Source: Octopus bimaculoides (lineage: Eukaryota). From it: 37,658 nt of DNA. The stretch lies in contig NC_068983.1 of the NCBI RefSeq assembly GCF_001194135.2, forward strand, positions 74,974,181 to 75,011,838. The letters run 5' to 3'. The notes under the pieces were generated by a model. It ran no database searches, was not told where the DNA came from, and saw only the letters and a list, made by a program, of their open reading frames with translations. This document shows positions 24,642 through 36,370 of this stretch, piece after piece. A program made the position numbers and the translations under genes. Positions within the stretch are counted from its first letter, which is position 1. The number at the start of each line of letters is the position of its first letter.

Positions 24642-24815
24642 AAGAGATCCATAGTCACCAACGCCAAGCCTTACAGCTATTATAATAACAAGTGTGATCT
24701 CTGCATAGTCGAGGTCTTGGCTATTTTGCAATCCACAGATTGTCTCAATGAACGCAGCAGTATAATATTCCCCTACAAACATGGGTCACTAAATCTATTC
24801 TCAAAATTCAAATAG
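24555..24815 (+). mobile_element. 5'-truncated Penelope-like element, C-terminal end of GIY-YIG endonuclease
   Basis: One frame reads SFKSQTKSNCTSLSQLIS*LTLDSTPYTLKRSIVTNAKPYSYYNNKCDLCIVEVLAILQSTDCLNERSSIIFPYKHGSLNLFSKFK*. This matches the PLE tail (STxLS..IW.LK...Y.LKWSI...AKPY...CxLCxxE...LNxRSE). It is followed by a pyrimidine-rich putative 3' repeat to about 25180. Confidence 0.75.
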
Positions 24816-25641
24816 TTACAACTCCACCCTCCTTTTTTTTCCCCCTAACCGTCATACATTTTCCTTCTTATCCACTCTTACTACCACAAAATATTAAACC
24901 AACAATACTTCTCCCCTTTAATTTCTTGATTTGTCAATTACAAACTTCTCTCCGTATTTTTCCTTACCATCTAAAAACTTTTTTTCTTTCCTTTTATTTC
25001 AACTCCCTCCCTGTCCTACATATATACGTTCGAGCACGCTTAAATTCTTCCTGCTGAATAAGTGCTTTCTCAAAGTTGTTGACCCCCTCCTTAACCTGCT
25101 TCCTCCATCTGTGACGATGATAGGCATTGCTCCCCCAGTCAGTCTCCTGCATATATAAAGCAAGGATAGCAACAATTAAAGAAGTTACTAAATGAGTTAC
25201 TTACGCCCTTATCTCTGTATCAATTAACCAAAACATATATTGAATTCTCGTATAATCTCATGTAGTCACATCCAACATGGAGACAGATTACCAACATTCT
25301 TGAGTGCAACACTTGAAAAGCTGCGTACTTTCGGGATGAAGCCATTGGTTGCAAATAAAGAATATGTATATCTGTGTGTGTACGTGTTTGTGTGATGTAT
25401 GTAGGTTAAACTGCATTTATATACATATGTGTGCGTGAATACGTACATTTATATATACCTACATACACACACACACATATACTGACATACAGACATCATT
25501 TATAACTTTTTATGTATGTACTTCGAGAATCAATTCTTCCCCACCCAAAGAAAAAGAATTATATATACATATCACCATGTAACCCCACACGCGTTTTCCC
25601 TGGACTATTTTCCTTCTCCGGACCTTTCTTCTTTCCACTTT

Positions 25642-25668
25642 CTAACAAAGAGCCAAGCTCGAAACGTC
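25642..25668 (+). other. Degenerate hammerhead-like relic in Penelope-type terminal repeat
   Basis: CTAACAA-A-GAGC-CAA-GCTC-GAAA-CGTC has the same layout as 21143-21179, but the core is mutated (CUAACAA vs CUGANGA) and stem I does not pair. Confidence 0.45.
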
Positions 25669-25870
25669 GTTATACACCAACTCTTTTATCCACCTTTACT
25701 GAGCGTCAAGCTAATACATTCCATCTGAACATACTTTTGACTTTTATTGCTTTGCTATTTCTTATTTTTAACATTCGCTTTACCCATATATATATATTTG
25801 TATGTATGTATTATGTATATATACATATATGTATGTATGTATATATATATACGTATTAACTGTTTTGTAG

Positions 25871-26144
25871 GTAAAAAAGAATGTAGTGTACTACGCTTGC
25901 TGTGATGAACCATTCCCAGATGTCACTTTCTATATCCATATGAGACGACGGACTCTATATTATACATACAACGTCATCATTCCGTGCGTTATGTTATCTA
26001 TTCTGACACTGATGGGTTTCTGGATGAGACCAGACAGTGGAGAAAAAGTTACCCTCGGTTTAACTGTGCTACTTGCCTTCTCAGTATTCATGTTACTGAT
26101 TGCTGAAAATATGCCGGCTACTTCTAATTTTGTTCCCCTTATAG
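25871..26144 (+). CDS. CHRNA10-like: nAChR exon, 274 nt (loop C YACCDEPFPD, M1, M2, M2-M3 linker)
   Basis: Acceptor tgttttgtAG and donor GTGAGT at 26145. Vicinal Cys at 25898-25903 defines an alpha subunit. GEK precedes M2, with L9', V13' and E20'. Confidence 0.97.
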
Positions 26145-26190
26145 GTGAGTCAATTTCTTTATTAATTCATGCATAAATACATGCATACAC

Positions 26191-26233
<43 letters not shown>

Positions 26234-26292
26234 CGCTGTTTTTAAAGTTCATATCGATATATTTATTTTTCTTTTGACGTAGACGTATTGCC

Positions 26293-26355
26293 CTTCTTCT
26301 TCTTCTCCTTCTTCTTCTCCTTCTTCTTCTTCTTCTTCTTCTTCTTCTTCTTCTT

Positions 26356-26385
<30 letters not shown>
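26293..26385. repeat. (CTT)n trinucleotide microsatellite
   Basis: About 30 near-pure units; source of the poly-Arg ORF 26139..26483. Confidence 0.95.
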
Positions 26386-26386
<1 letters not shown>

Positions 26387-26729
26387 TCCCACTACTACAA
26401 CTACTTCTACTCTTCTTTCTTCCTCTCCCCTTCCTCCTTCTTCTTTTAGTTCGCCATTCTTCGGACAAAATATCTTGTGACATTTGTTCTGATTCTTCAT
26501 ATTCTTAACCCAAATCTTAACCCAGAGTTCAGTTTTGCTTTAAAATAATACACCAGTCGATGGTATCGACTGTGCACCCGCTCAAAAGAATGGCTCTATG
26601 CCTACAACAACAAAAGAATATTTGTATCGGAGTCAACAGCTACCATCCTCACCTACAGATGTGTAACAATGCGCCAAAATCGATGTCATCATTATCATCA
26701 TTGCGAATTTGTAATGTCTCCTATCAGCC

Positions 26730-27170
26730 CGTGATGAGCAGTAAATTCCGTCGGACAAGCTCCCTTGTAGTATTTGCTCCGGATCTTTACGTTCTGTGTC
26801 CAAATCCCGCTGAGGTCAGCTTTGCCTTTAATCTATTCAGAATCGACTAAATACAATTCTAGACTAATACTATGCCTCATTTAATCGACTAACCCATCCA
26901 CCAAAATTTCAAGTATCGTTCCTATATTACAAACGTATACATTAGGTAGAATCATTAGAGCGTCGGACAAAATTTTTAGCATTATTTAATTATAGCTGCT
27001 TATGTTCTGAGTTCAAATTCCGCTGAAATCAATTTTGCTTTGTAATTATTAAGAAAATAATATTAAGACAAAATTAGTTACAAAAATCAGTAGAGCAGCG
27101 GACAAAATTTCATGTGGCATTTCGCTGCTACCCTTTATTTCTATGATTTCGAATCCCAACGAGTTCGAAT
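26730..27170 (+). mobile_element. Three tandem degraded SINE family B-like heads
   Basis: Recurring gtcggacaa/gcggacaaaat ... gttctg(t/a)gt(c/t)caaat.ccgctga units at about 26735, 26940 and 27090. Confidence 0.55.
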
Positions 27171-27204
27171 TATCAAGTTATGCTGGGACATCACTTTGAA
27201 AAAT

Positions 27205-27341
27205 GGAATCGACCTTAACCCGTTTTTTTAAGCCTAGTACTTATTCTATCAGTCAGTTTTGCCGAACCGTCAAGTTACAGAGACGTAAGCAAACCAATAC
27301 TAATTGTTAAGCGGTGGTAGAAGACAAATACAGAAACAAAG

Positions 27342-27397
<56 letters not shown>

Positions 27398-27488
27398 CGA
27401 GCTTCTTTTACTTTCCGTCTATCAAATTCACTCACAAGACTTCGGTCTGCTCGAGATTATAAGAGTAGACACTTGCCCAAGGTACCAC
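27205..27488 (-). mobile_element. SINE family A, interrupted by gap
   Basis: aagcctagtacttattctatc, gccgaaccg, ttccgtctatcaaattcactcacaag, gacacttgcccaaggtaccac. Confidence 0.85.
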
Positions 27489-28727
27489 NNNNNNNNNNNN
27501 NNNNNNNNNNNNNNNNNNNNNNNNNNNNNNNNNNNNNNNNNNNNNNNNNNNNNNNNNNNNNNNNNNNNNNNNNNNNNNNNNNNNNNNNNNNNNNNNNNNN
27601 NNNNNNNNNNNNNNNNNNNNNNNNNNNNNNNNNNNNNNNNNNNNNNNNNNNNNNNNNNNNNNNNNNNNNNNNNNNNNNNNNNNNNNNNNNNNNNNNNNNN
27701 NNNNNNNNNNNNNNNNNNNNNNNNNNNNNNNNNNNNATATATAAAAACTCATTTCAAAAATAATTTCCGTAATTAGCTTCGGTCTATTAGAAAAGTTGGT
27801 CACGTTATATCACATTACTCTGATAATCCTACCCTACATAGATTTAGAAAAAAAAATAATAGAAACATTGAGAAATTTTCGTATAAGAAATCATAGTCAA
27901 CATTAATGTTAGAATTCTTAATTGCTTCGATATTGCTTTAACTGTAAACAGAGGCAAATATCTCTCCTACAGAAACCCAATGAATAGCTTCTGTCAACAA
28001 ATAAGGCATCAAATCATTTTCCTATAATCTTAAAATTTTAGTCGGCAACATTGTTCCAACATCTCATTTCAACAGATTCTCTTCTTTTTAGAATAATGCT
28101 TTAGCAGAGGAGAATGGCTTTAAAGACAAAATAGAATATATACAAAGCACCGATAATACGTACACAGGAAGAGAAAAATCTGATTCAATCCTCTTTTTAG
28201 TTTAAACATCGTTTCTAATACAGAAAAATTCTGTATTTCCATTTTCCTTGCGAACTTAGATGTTATAAGCTGTTTATTAAAATGCAGTAAAATTATGAAG
28301 AGTTGAACTTATAACTTTGTTATCAAAGATAAGTGTAAGGTGTCATAAATATATAACTATAAATATGACTGAACTTTCTTTTCTGAGCTATTGTAACATC
28401 TCTGTTTCTCGTCTCCTAATGGAAAGTGCCTTGTTAATGCATTTGTATAAAAAATATTTTGCTTTATAACAAAGACAAAAAGTGAATCAAACAATTCATT
28501 AAAAAAAGCCGCTGTTCGCAACATATATTCTCCTCCGACACTTTCAGTATAGAATAACTACGTCATTAGCACAATATATATGGATCCTGAAAGATGAATA
28601 GAAAATGCTGTGTTGAAATGGTCAATCCTTACAAAGACCCCAGCATACTCACCAATGAATCAAAGAGATGTCACTTTTGTCTAGCAGAAAAATTGAAGAT
28701 ACGATGTAACTATTATACGATGTAACT

Positions 28728-28761
<34 letters not shown>

Positions 28762-29189
28762 GCACCGCTTTTTATACTATATTAGATGACTTTATATCGT
28801 ATGTCATTAAAATATATGCATATCTTTAAACTTAATTTTTATCATTAAACATAATTATGAGTATATTTTGAACCCTGCATATCAACCTATATGCATGCAT
28901 GTGTGTGTGTGTGGGGGGGGTATGTGTCTGTGTGAGTGTGTGTGTTTACTGCATAACCTGTGTACCTGTATATTCAGTATATACTCTCTACATCTGATAT
29001 ACATGCTTCTCATAATTTGTATTGTATATATTATGATGTATATTTTATCATTTATTTTATTATAGTACACATGTGATATACTATATCATGTATATTTTAC
29101 CTATTAATTTTACAACCTTAGCCGTGTTATTCCATTTATTCTTTCGTCATTTTTTGCACTATGGTTATTTTAACATATATCGATATACT

Positions 29190-29258
<69 letters not shown>

Positions 29259-29927
29259 NNNNNNNNNNNNNNNNNNNNNNNNNNNNNNNNNNNNNNNNNN
29301 NNNNNNNNNNNNNNNNNNNNNNNNNNNNNNNNNNNNNNNNNNNNNNNNNNNNNNNNNNNNNNNNNNNNNNNNNNNNNNNNNNNNNNNNNNNNNNNNNNNN
29401 NNNNNNNNNNNNNNNNNNNNNNNNNNNNNNNNNNNNNNNNNNNNNNNNNNNNNNNNNNNNNNNNNNNNNNNNNNNNNNNNNNNNNNNNNNNNNNNNNNNN
29501 NNNNNNNNNNNNNNNNNNNNNNNNNNNNNNNNNNNNNNNNNNNNNNNNNNNNNNNNNNNNNNNNNNNNNNNNNNNNNNNNNNNNNNNNNNNNNNNNNNNN
29601 NNNNNNNNNNNNNNNNNNNNNNNNNNNNNNNNNNNNNNNNNNNNNNNNNNNNNNNNNNNNNNNNNNNNNNNNNNNNNNNNNNNNNNNNNNNNNNNNNNNN
29701 NNNNNNNNNNNNNNNNNNNNNNNNNNNNNNNNNNNNNNNNNNNNNNNNNNNNNNNNNNNNNNNNNNNNNNNNNNNNNNNNNNNNNNNNNNNNNNNNNNNN
29801 NNNNNNNNNNNNNNNNNNNNNNNNNNNNNNNNNNNNNNNNNNNNNNNNNNNNNNNNNNNNNNNNNNNNNNNNNNNNNNNNNNNNNNNNNNNNNNNNNNNN
29901 NNNNNNNNNNNNNNNNNNNNNNNNNNN

Positions 29928-30028
<101 letters not shown>

Positions 30029-30432
30029 TGTATACGTATACGTATGTGTGTGTACACGTTCACAAGTACACGTATACGTCTCCAAACACATATACAGGCA
30101 AGCATGTACACGCAAACTTACAAATTTATATATATGCGCGTATATATGCGCGTATATGTGTGTGTATGAGTGCGTATATAAGCTTATGAACATCTTCATT
30201 TCCATCAACAGTTCCAAAGACAACGCTACCCTAATCACCACCATCATAATCAACACCACTATCACTAACATCACTACTACCTCCATCTATTTTTCAGCAT
30301 TGCCCCATCCACCACTCTTATTCATTCTGTCCTACATACGTGTGTATTAGATATTAGATTTTAGCGACAAAAGCAATGTTAGTACCAAATAGCAACCTTT
30401 ATATCTTACTGAACGTGACTCTATAATAAAAA

Positions 30433-30804
30433 CATAGGTTGTTGGCACTCTTACGACGTCGTGGGTTCCAGTTGATCCGATCAACGGAACAGCTTGCTCG
30501 TGAAATTAACGTGGAAGTGGCTGAGCACGTGTACCCTTAACGTAGTTCTCAGGGATATTTAGCGTGACACAGTGTGACAAGGCTGGCCCTTTGAATTACA
30601 GGCACAACAGAAACAGGAAGTAAGAGTGAGAGAAAGTTGTAGTGAAAGAGTACAGCAGGGTTCACCACAATCCCCTGCCGGAGCCTCGTGCTGCTTTAGG
30701 TGTTTTCGCTCAATAAACACACACAACGCCCGGTCTGGGAATCGAAACTGCGGTTCTCCGACCGCGAGTCTGCTGCCCTAACCACTGGGCCATTGCACCT
30801 CCAC
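30433..30804 (-). mobile_element. SINE family C, near full length, possible TSD
   Basis: Matches 2768-3114. Flanks are ctataataaaaacatagg (30421-30438) and ctataagaacatagg (30804-30818). Confidence 0.9.
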
Positions 30805-31426
30805 TATAAGAACATAGGAATACTGCAGAATTTGTCTTGAGAAAGCATCACATACAAGTGCTAAAACTGATACTAATACTGCCACCAGGTTGCTAATATC
30901 TAATTTTCATCTGCGTGCTGTTTCCGTCACCGGTGCATTATTAGTCAGGGTTTTATTCTATATCATTGTTTAATCACCATCTAGCAGTTCCACCACCGGT
31001 ACTGGATAATTTTCCTCTGTCTCTGATTCTCTGTGCTTTAAAGCACTAAATGCCTATTCGAAATCTTTTAATGCTTTCGTTATACTTGGACGTATGGAAA
31101 CATTTCTCAGAGGAAATAGTCGACGGAGAATATTACCCCAGCAGAAAATATATTTGTAAGACCTCATTGGACTATCAAAGAGCCCATACAAACCTCGGGA
31201 TGAATGCATTTCTGCGTCGTTATACCGTATCAAATACTGACGCCAAACCAGTTGCTCATTACCCAAGAATGTTTTTTTTCACATTTATTAACAATGACTA
31301 GCATTTTCTCCCGAGTATATTTCAGCAGTGAAGGGTATTCTCACGTTCATGTCTACACGAATGTGTTATATGTGTGTGTATTCATTTAAAACATTCTATG
31401 GGGAATTCTATCTTTCTTCTCTCTCT

Positions 31427-31513
<87 letters not shown>

Positions 31514-31863
31514 ATATATATATATTATACATTATACACACGCACGCATATAAATATAAATTTATCCTTCCATATAAGTAAATATATAAATTTCTATATA
31601 AATTTGTATATGTATGCAAATATACGCTTATATATGTGAGTGTATGCCTGTATCTATACAAATATAGATCAATATGCGTACAAATGTAATGAAAAAGTTA
31701 AAGTGCAGACAATACATATATTCCATATCTTCCACTACACTTAACCAGGAAATATAATTATATTCAATCTTTCTCGATATTGTTGTGTATCATACCTTTC
31801 TAATTGAATGCATTAATATTTTTTAAAATGTTAAGTCACTAATATATATGAATATATATATAT

Positions 31864-31914
<51 letters not shown>

Positions 31915-32319
31915 CATTCATATATATANNNNNNNNNNNNNNNNNNNNNNNNNNNNNNNNNNNNNNNNNNNNNNNNNNNNNNNNNNNNNNNNNNNNNNNN
32001 NNNNNNNNNNNNNNNNNNNNNNNNNNNNNNNNNNNNNNNNNNNNNNNNNNNNNNNNNNNNNNNNNNNNNNNNNNNNNNNNNNNNNNNNNNNNNNNNNNNN
32101 NNNNNNNNNNNNNNNNNNNNNNNNNNNNATATATATATATATATATATATATACATACATACATATATATATATGTATATATGTAAGTATATTATGATTA
32201 GTGTAATTTATGAATACACTTTAATTACCCAAAACGTATTTCGTAGCTTCTAGTGATTTATTGTATATTCTTTCACCTTAAAGAAGCTAACTATTAAAAA
32301 TTATCTGCCTATATATATA

Positions 32320-32364
<45 letters not shown>

Positions 32365-32974
32365 TAACGTATATAACATGTGTATAAGATATGTCATTTA
32401 TATATGTGTGTGTGTGTACATGCACACATTTATAAATACTTACATGGAATATATAATTATCTATTTACATATAATAAACACGTATGTTTTGTGAGTAGAT
32501 ATATGTGTTCCAGTAATGAATTGCTGTGAACCTTTTGTGGTAAAAAGAGAGCATGAGATGAAAGAATATGTAGGCTAAAAGTTACTGAGCTATCCTCCGG
32601 CTTGAACTCACTATGCGGCAACTAAATTCCATCATTTTACCCTATTGTCACAGATAATAGTGCAAAAATGCATGAAAAAAATATGCATACACAAAATTAT
32701 AAATACACTTTGACTCACAGTTACACATACGCGCACACGTTCATATGCACATTCATATACAAGCTGACAAACGCTCACGAATATATTTACATAGATCATA
32801 TTAATCATGTATCCTTGTGTTTGAAGTTGTGTAAATACATGACGGTTTTTTTTTTTCTTTCTGTGTGTATTCAGCAACTAGTAATTTATACAAATGCGTC
32901 CGCTTGTCGATAGAAGATGAGCAATATGAAGCTTAAGGTATGGGTTAGAAAATTCATTATCTCGTATCTTTGTC

Positions 32975-33140
32975 TTATATTTGTTTCAGTCATTAGACTG
33001 TGGCCATGCTGGATCACCGCCCAGAAGAATTTTGATCAAACAAATCAACCCCAACACTTATTATTTAAGTATGATGTTTATTTTAACGGTCTCTTTTGCT
33101 GCTTCGTTAAGTTACGCAAACAAACCAGCACCGATTGTTC
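32975..33140 (-). mobile_element. Degraded SINE family A 3' half
   Basis: ttgtttcagtcattagactgtggccatgctgga...ggtctcttttgc...taagttacg...accagcaccgattgt. Confidence 0.75.
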
Positions 33141-33328
33141 CACTAAACCCTTCAAGATATTCCTCAGCATAGTCGCAGTCCAACCTGTGAAGAAAAAGCT
33201 GTGTGTGCGTATGTGTGTGAATGTATGTATATCTATCTTTTATGTATGTATATCTATCCGTCCATTTATTTATCTATACACAAACACACTCACGCATGCA
33301 CATACGCATACACAAACATACACACACA

Positions 33329-33438
<110 letters not shown>

Positions 33439-34644
33439 CACAATTCCATATTTTTCACGTCCTCGTTTTAGGAAGTAGAGCCTCGGTTTGCTTCAGTCTC
33501 CGCCAGGCATTCTTTTTCGTGTAACAGTGTTGGATTGCTTCATGTTTCGCCGTTAGTTTGGCACTATAAGACGATTATAACTGAAGCAATATTCCAGATA
33601 CCTGAAAACAAATGTTCCCTACAAAACCAACAAAGTTCTCTACTCTCTTGGTTTGCATGATTTCAGAATACAACCCTCCAGCCAGTTGTCATTTCAGTAG
33701 TAAGCACATAGAACGTTGCATCATTCATCACTATGATTCACGGGTTACACACTGATTGAGACCCTAGGTTCACTAGGGTCTCTCTTCGTCTTGTGTATTC
33801 TAATGGCGATGTGTTTGTAGGCTGATAACGAAGCGCTAATAATTTTCCAGCGTTGAGTTGTATGTTGTTTACTTCAGCCCATTTGAACTTAGAACTCGCT
33901 GTAATATTGCCTGTGATGCAGTCATATAGCCACAATAGCAGCTGCAATTGGCTGCCTGTATGACGAAGGGCATATCTGAGAGAATCACAATGAACAGCAG
34001 TGTCTCTAGCACAGTTATTTAAGATCTACACTTAGAATTAATGTCTCATCTGAGAGGGTAAAGTTAGGAGCAGTTGCGCAACTCCTGTGTTTTAAGCTTG
34101 CCATATACTAGAAATATCTTCAATAGTTTTCTACACAGTCTTTTTGCATACCTTTAAGAGAGTCTTTGCTAAACTATCAGAACGGCTGGTGAGTTCAGAC
34201 TCATTTCATAGTTATTTTGATATTACAACTCTTTTATGTCCATATATTTGATGGCTACATTTCTCTATGTAGAGGTCTAATGTCGAAGAACTCATCTGGC
34301 TTAAATATTCGCATATGTCCTATCACACAAATGAAAACATTTTGGAATTGTTTATCCAGTATTTCACTAACGACCTGTGAACAGTGAGTTATTTCCTTTG
34401 TAAAATGGATCTATTTGCAAATGCATTGAAACTGATTCTTTCGAAAATTTGTAAAAGGCCTGGATTTTTTTTTTTTTTAATGTATTTTTGTAGTTTCCCG
34501 AACCTTGCTTTCTCTTTGTGCTTTTATGCCTTCTTCTTCTATCATAGTAGATGACGATATATATTATAGTATATATGTATATATCAATGGTGATGGTGGT
34601 GTCATTTTTAATTATATACATTATTATATATATATAGGTTAAAG

Positions 34645-34928
34645 ACCTCCTTCGGTCACGAATGACCATGGGATTCAAAGTTTCCTTCTGAGGCACAAGT
34701 TTGGGCAACGTTGTTTTGTAGAGGACCAACAGTTACCCATGCGTACCAGTCTTCTCTCTTCACGCCACCGATGTTGTCCAAGGGTCAGGCAAAGACTGAT
34801 ACAGCTTGACACCAGTGACGTCATAACTCATTTCCACAGCAACGTGAAATTAAGTGTCTTTCTCAAGAACACAACACACAGCCCGGTCCAGGAATGGAAC
34901 CCACAACCTCACGATAGTAAACCCGATA
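34645..34928 (-). mobile_element. SINE family D-like element
   Basis: gcaacgtgaaattaagtgtctttctcaagaacacaac...cccggtccaggaatggaacccacaacctcacgat is the reverse complement of a tRNA-like head related to 11626-11770. Confidence 0.65.
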
Positions 34929-34950
34929 CATGACACATATGTGTGTGTGC

Positions 34951-34992
<42 letters not shown>

Positions 34993-35069
34993 AAAGTGTG
35001 TGTGTGTGTGTGTATGTGTGTNNNNNNNNNNAGAGAGAGAGAGAGAGAGGGGAAAGTGTGTGTGTGTGT

Positions 35070-35109
<40 letters not shown>

Positions 35110-35392
35110 ATATCTATGTATTATTCTTTTATAGGTAGAGCGGTAACAGTGACTTCGAAGTTGCGCCCTGCTAGTGTCAGATAGTTCGATGTCACTATCA
35201 CCCCGCTTCTTGTAAAAGTATAAATATGTATTCTACAAAAAATGTATTTATTAATTCTCCAGTTTAATGTTAAATTGTTTTTATTATAACTTGGCATATA
35301 AACAAACATATATGCGTGCGTGAGAGTGCGTGTACATGACTGGGTGTATCTATGTATGCATGCATGTATGTGTGTGTGTGTATGTATGTATG

Positions 35393-35425
<33 letters not shown>

Positions 35426-35795
35426 GTTTATTCATGGCTGTATGCATGTATAGATATATTTCGGAACATGAATGCGTTCTCTTTGGATTTTTACATAACT
35501 ATAAACATTACACATAAATGTATATTTTTGCATACGTCATAGATATATTTTTAAAAATTATATGCACGTTATTGTTCATCTAAACGAAACAAATTTCAGC
35601 GTAGGTTCTTTTTATGCATTGTTAATAAAGATTTCTTCTATGTGAAAATATACACGCAAGCACACGCATTTATATGCATTTATTCAAAAATACATATACA
35701 CATATGCACTGATGTATTGAATATATATATAAACATACACATATTACTACATGTGTATATGCATGAATATATATACATGGGTGTATGTGTGTGTA

Positions 35796-35832
<37 letters not shown>

Positions 35833-35897
35833 TGCATGCATACATATTATGCAGATGTATATATGTGTGTGAGCGTAATACATGCAGATACATATGC

Positions 35898-35979
<82 letters not shown>

Positions 35980-36325
35980 ATATGTGCATGTAGCATATAT
36001 GTGTGTATGTGTATATGTATATATGCATACCTGCATACGTACGTACATACATACATACATACATACATACATACAGTTACGTCGTGTACTTGTTTCCATA
36101 GTTCAGAAACAAAGCAAATGCGAAGCAAAGATTCATTGAATTGAATGAAAAAAGTTTTCTTTATCGATTTCTATAGTTTTGATTTATTAAAACGGAGCGA
36201 ACAACCACTGTCGTCTGCTGTCAGTGTAGATGGATGGAAAGACGGAAGTTTTCGTTATCGATTAGAAAATGACTTAATTCTATATTGTGAAACCCACACA
36301 TATCAGACTTGCATTCATGCTACTG

Positions 36326-36370
<45 letters not shown>

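Larger units (their letters stand above)
383..26144 (+). other. CHRNA10-like: Partial multi-exon gene: nicotinic acetylcholine receptor alpha subunit (alpha9/alpha10-like), 4 internal exons visible
   Basis: Exons of 45+110+262+274 nt = 691 nt join with compatible phases (0/0, 0/2, 2/0, 0/1), and all introns are GT-AG. Spliced peptide: [22 protein letters not shown]...[13 protein letters not shown]...CDIKITYFPFDDQIC...GSWAYDG...NGEW...-VKKNVVYYACCDEPFPD...RRRTLYY...DSGEKVTLGLTVLLAFSVFMLLIAENMPATSNFVPLI-G. Family is certain; the exact orthologue is not, so the symbol is resemblance only. Confidence 0.95.

Noticed and set aside
383-26144. Assignment as a cephalopod chemotactile receptor or an anion-selective nAChR
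   Set aside because: Vicinal Cys-Cys and most of the aromatic box are retained, and the M2 -1' residue is Glu (GEK).
428-26400. Microsatellites shortly downstream of every exon as splicing regulators (CA/CU repeats)
   Set aside because: Microsatellites occur every 1-2 kb throughout the window, so proximity to exons is expected by chance.
8596-28725. Short local tandem duplications (tgtatcttacatggttgt x2 near 8600; aattgaggatgtat x3 near 22490; tacgatgtaactat x2 near 28700)
   Set aside because: Ordinary replication-slippage duplications with no spacer structure; not CRISPR-like.
33533-33592. 9-bp inverted repeat attgcttca/tgaagcaat enclosing gcc...ggcGAAAC (hammerhead-like on minus strand)
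   Set aside because: There is no credible CUGANGA core, the putative cleavage base is G, and stem geometry does not fit.
34975-35085. Direct repeat of (GA)n-gggaaa-(GT)n across a 10-N gap
   Set aside because: Typical overlap of contig ends around a placeholder gap; an assembly artefact.
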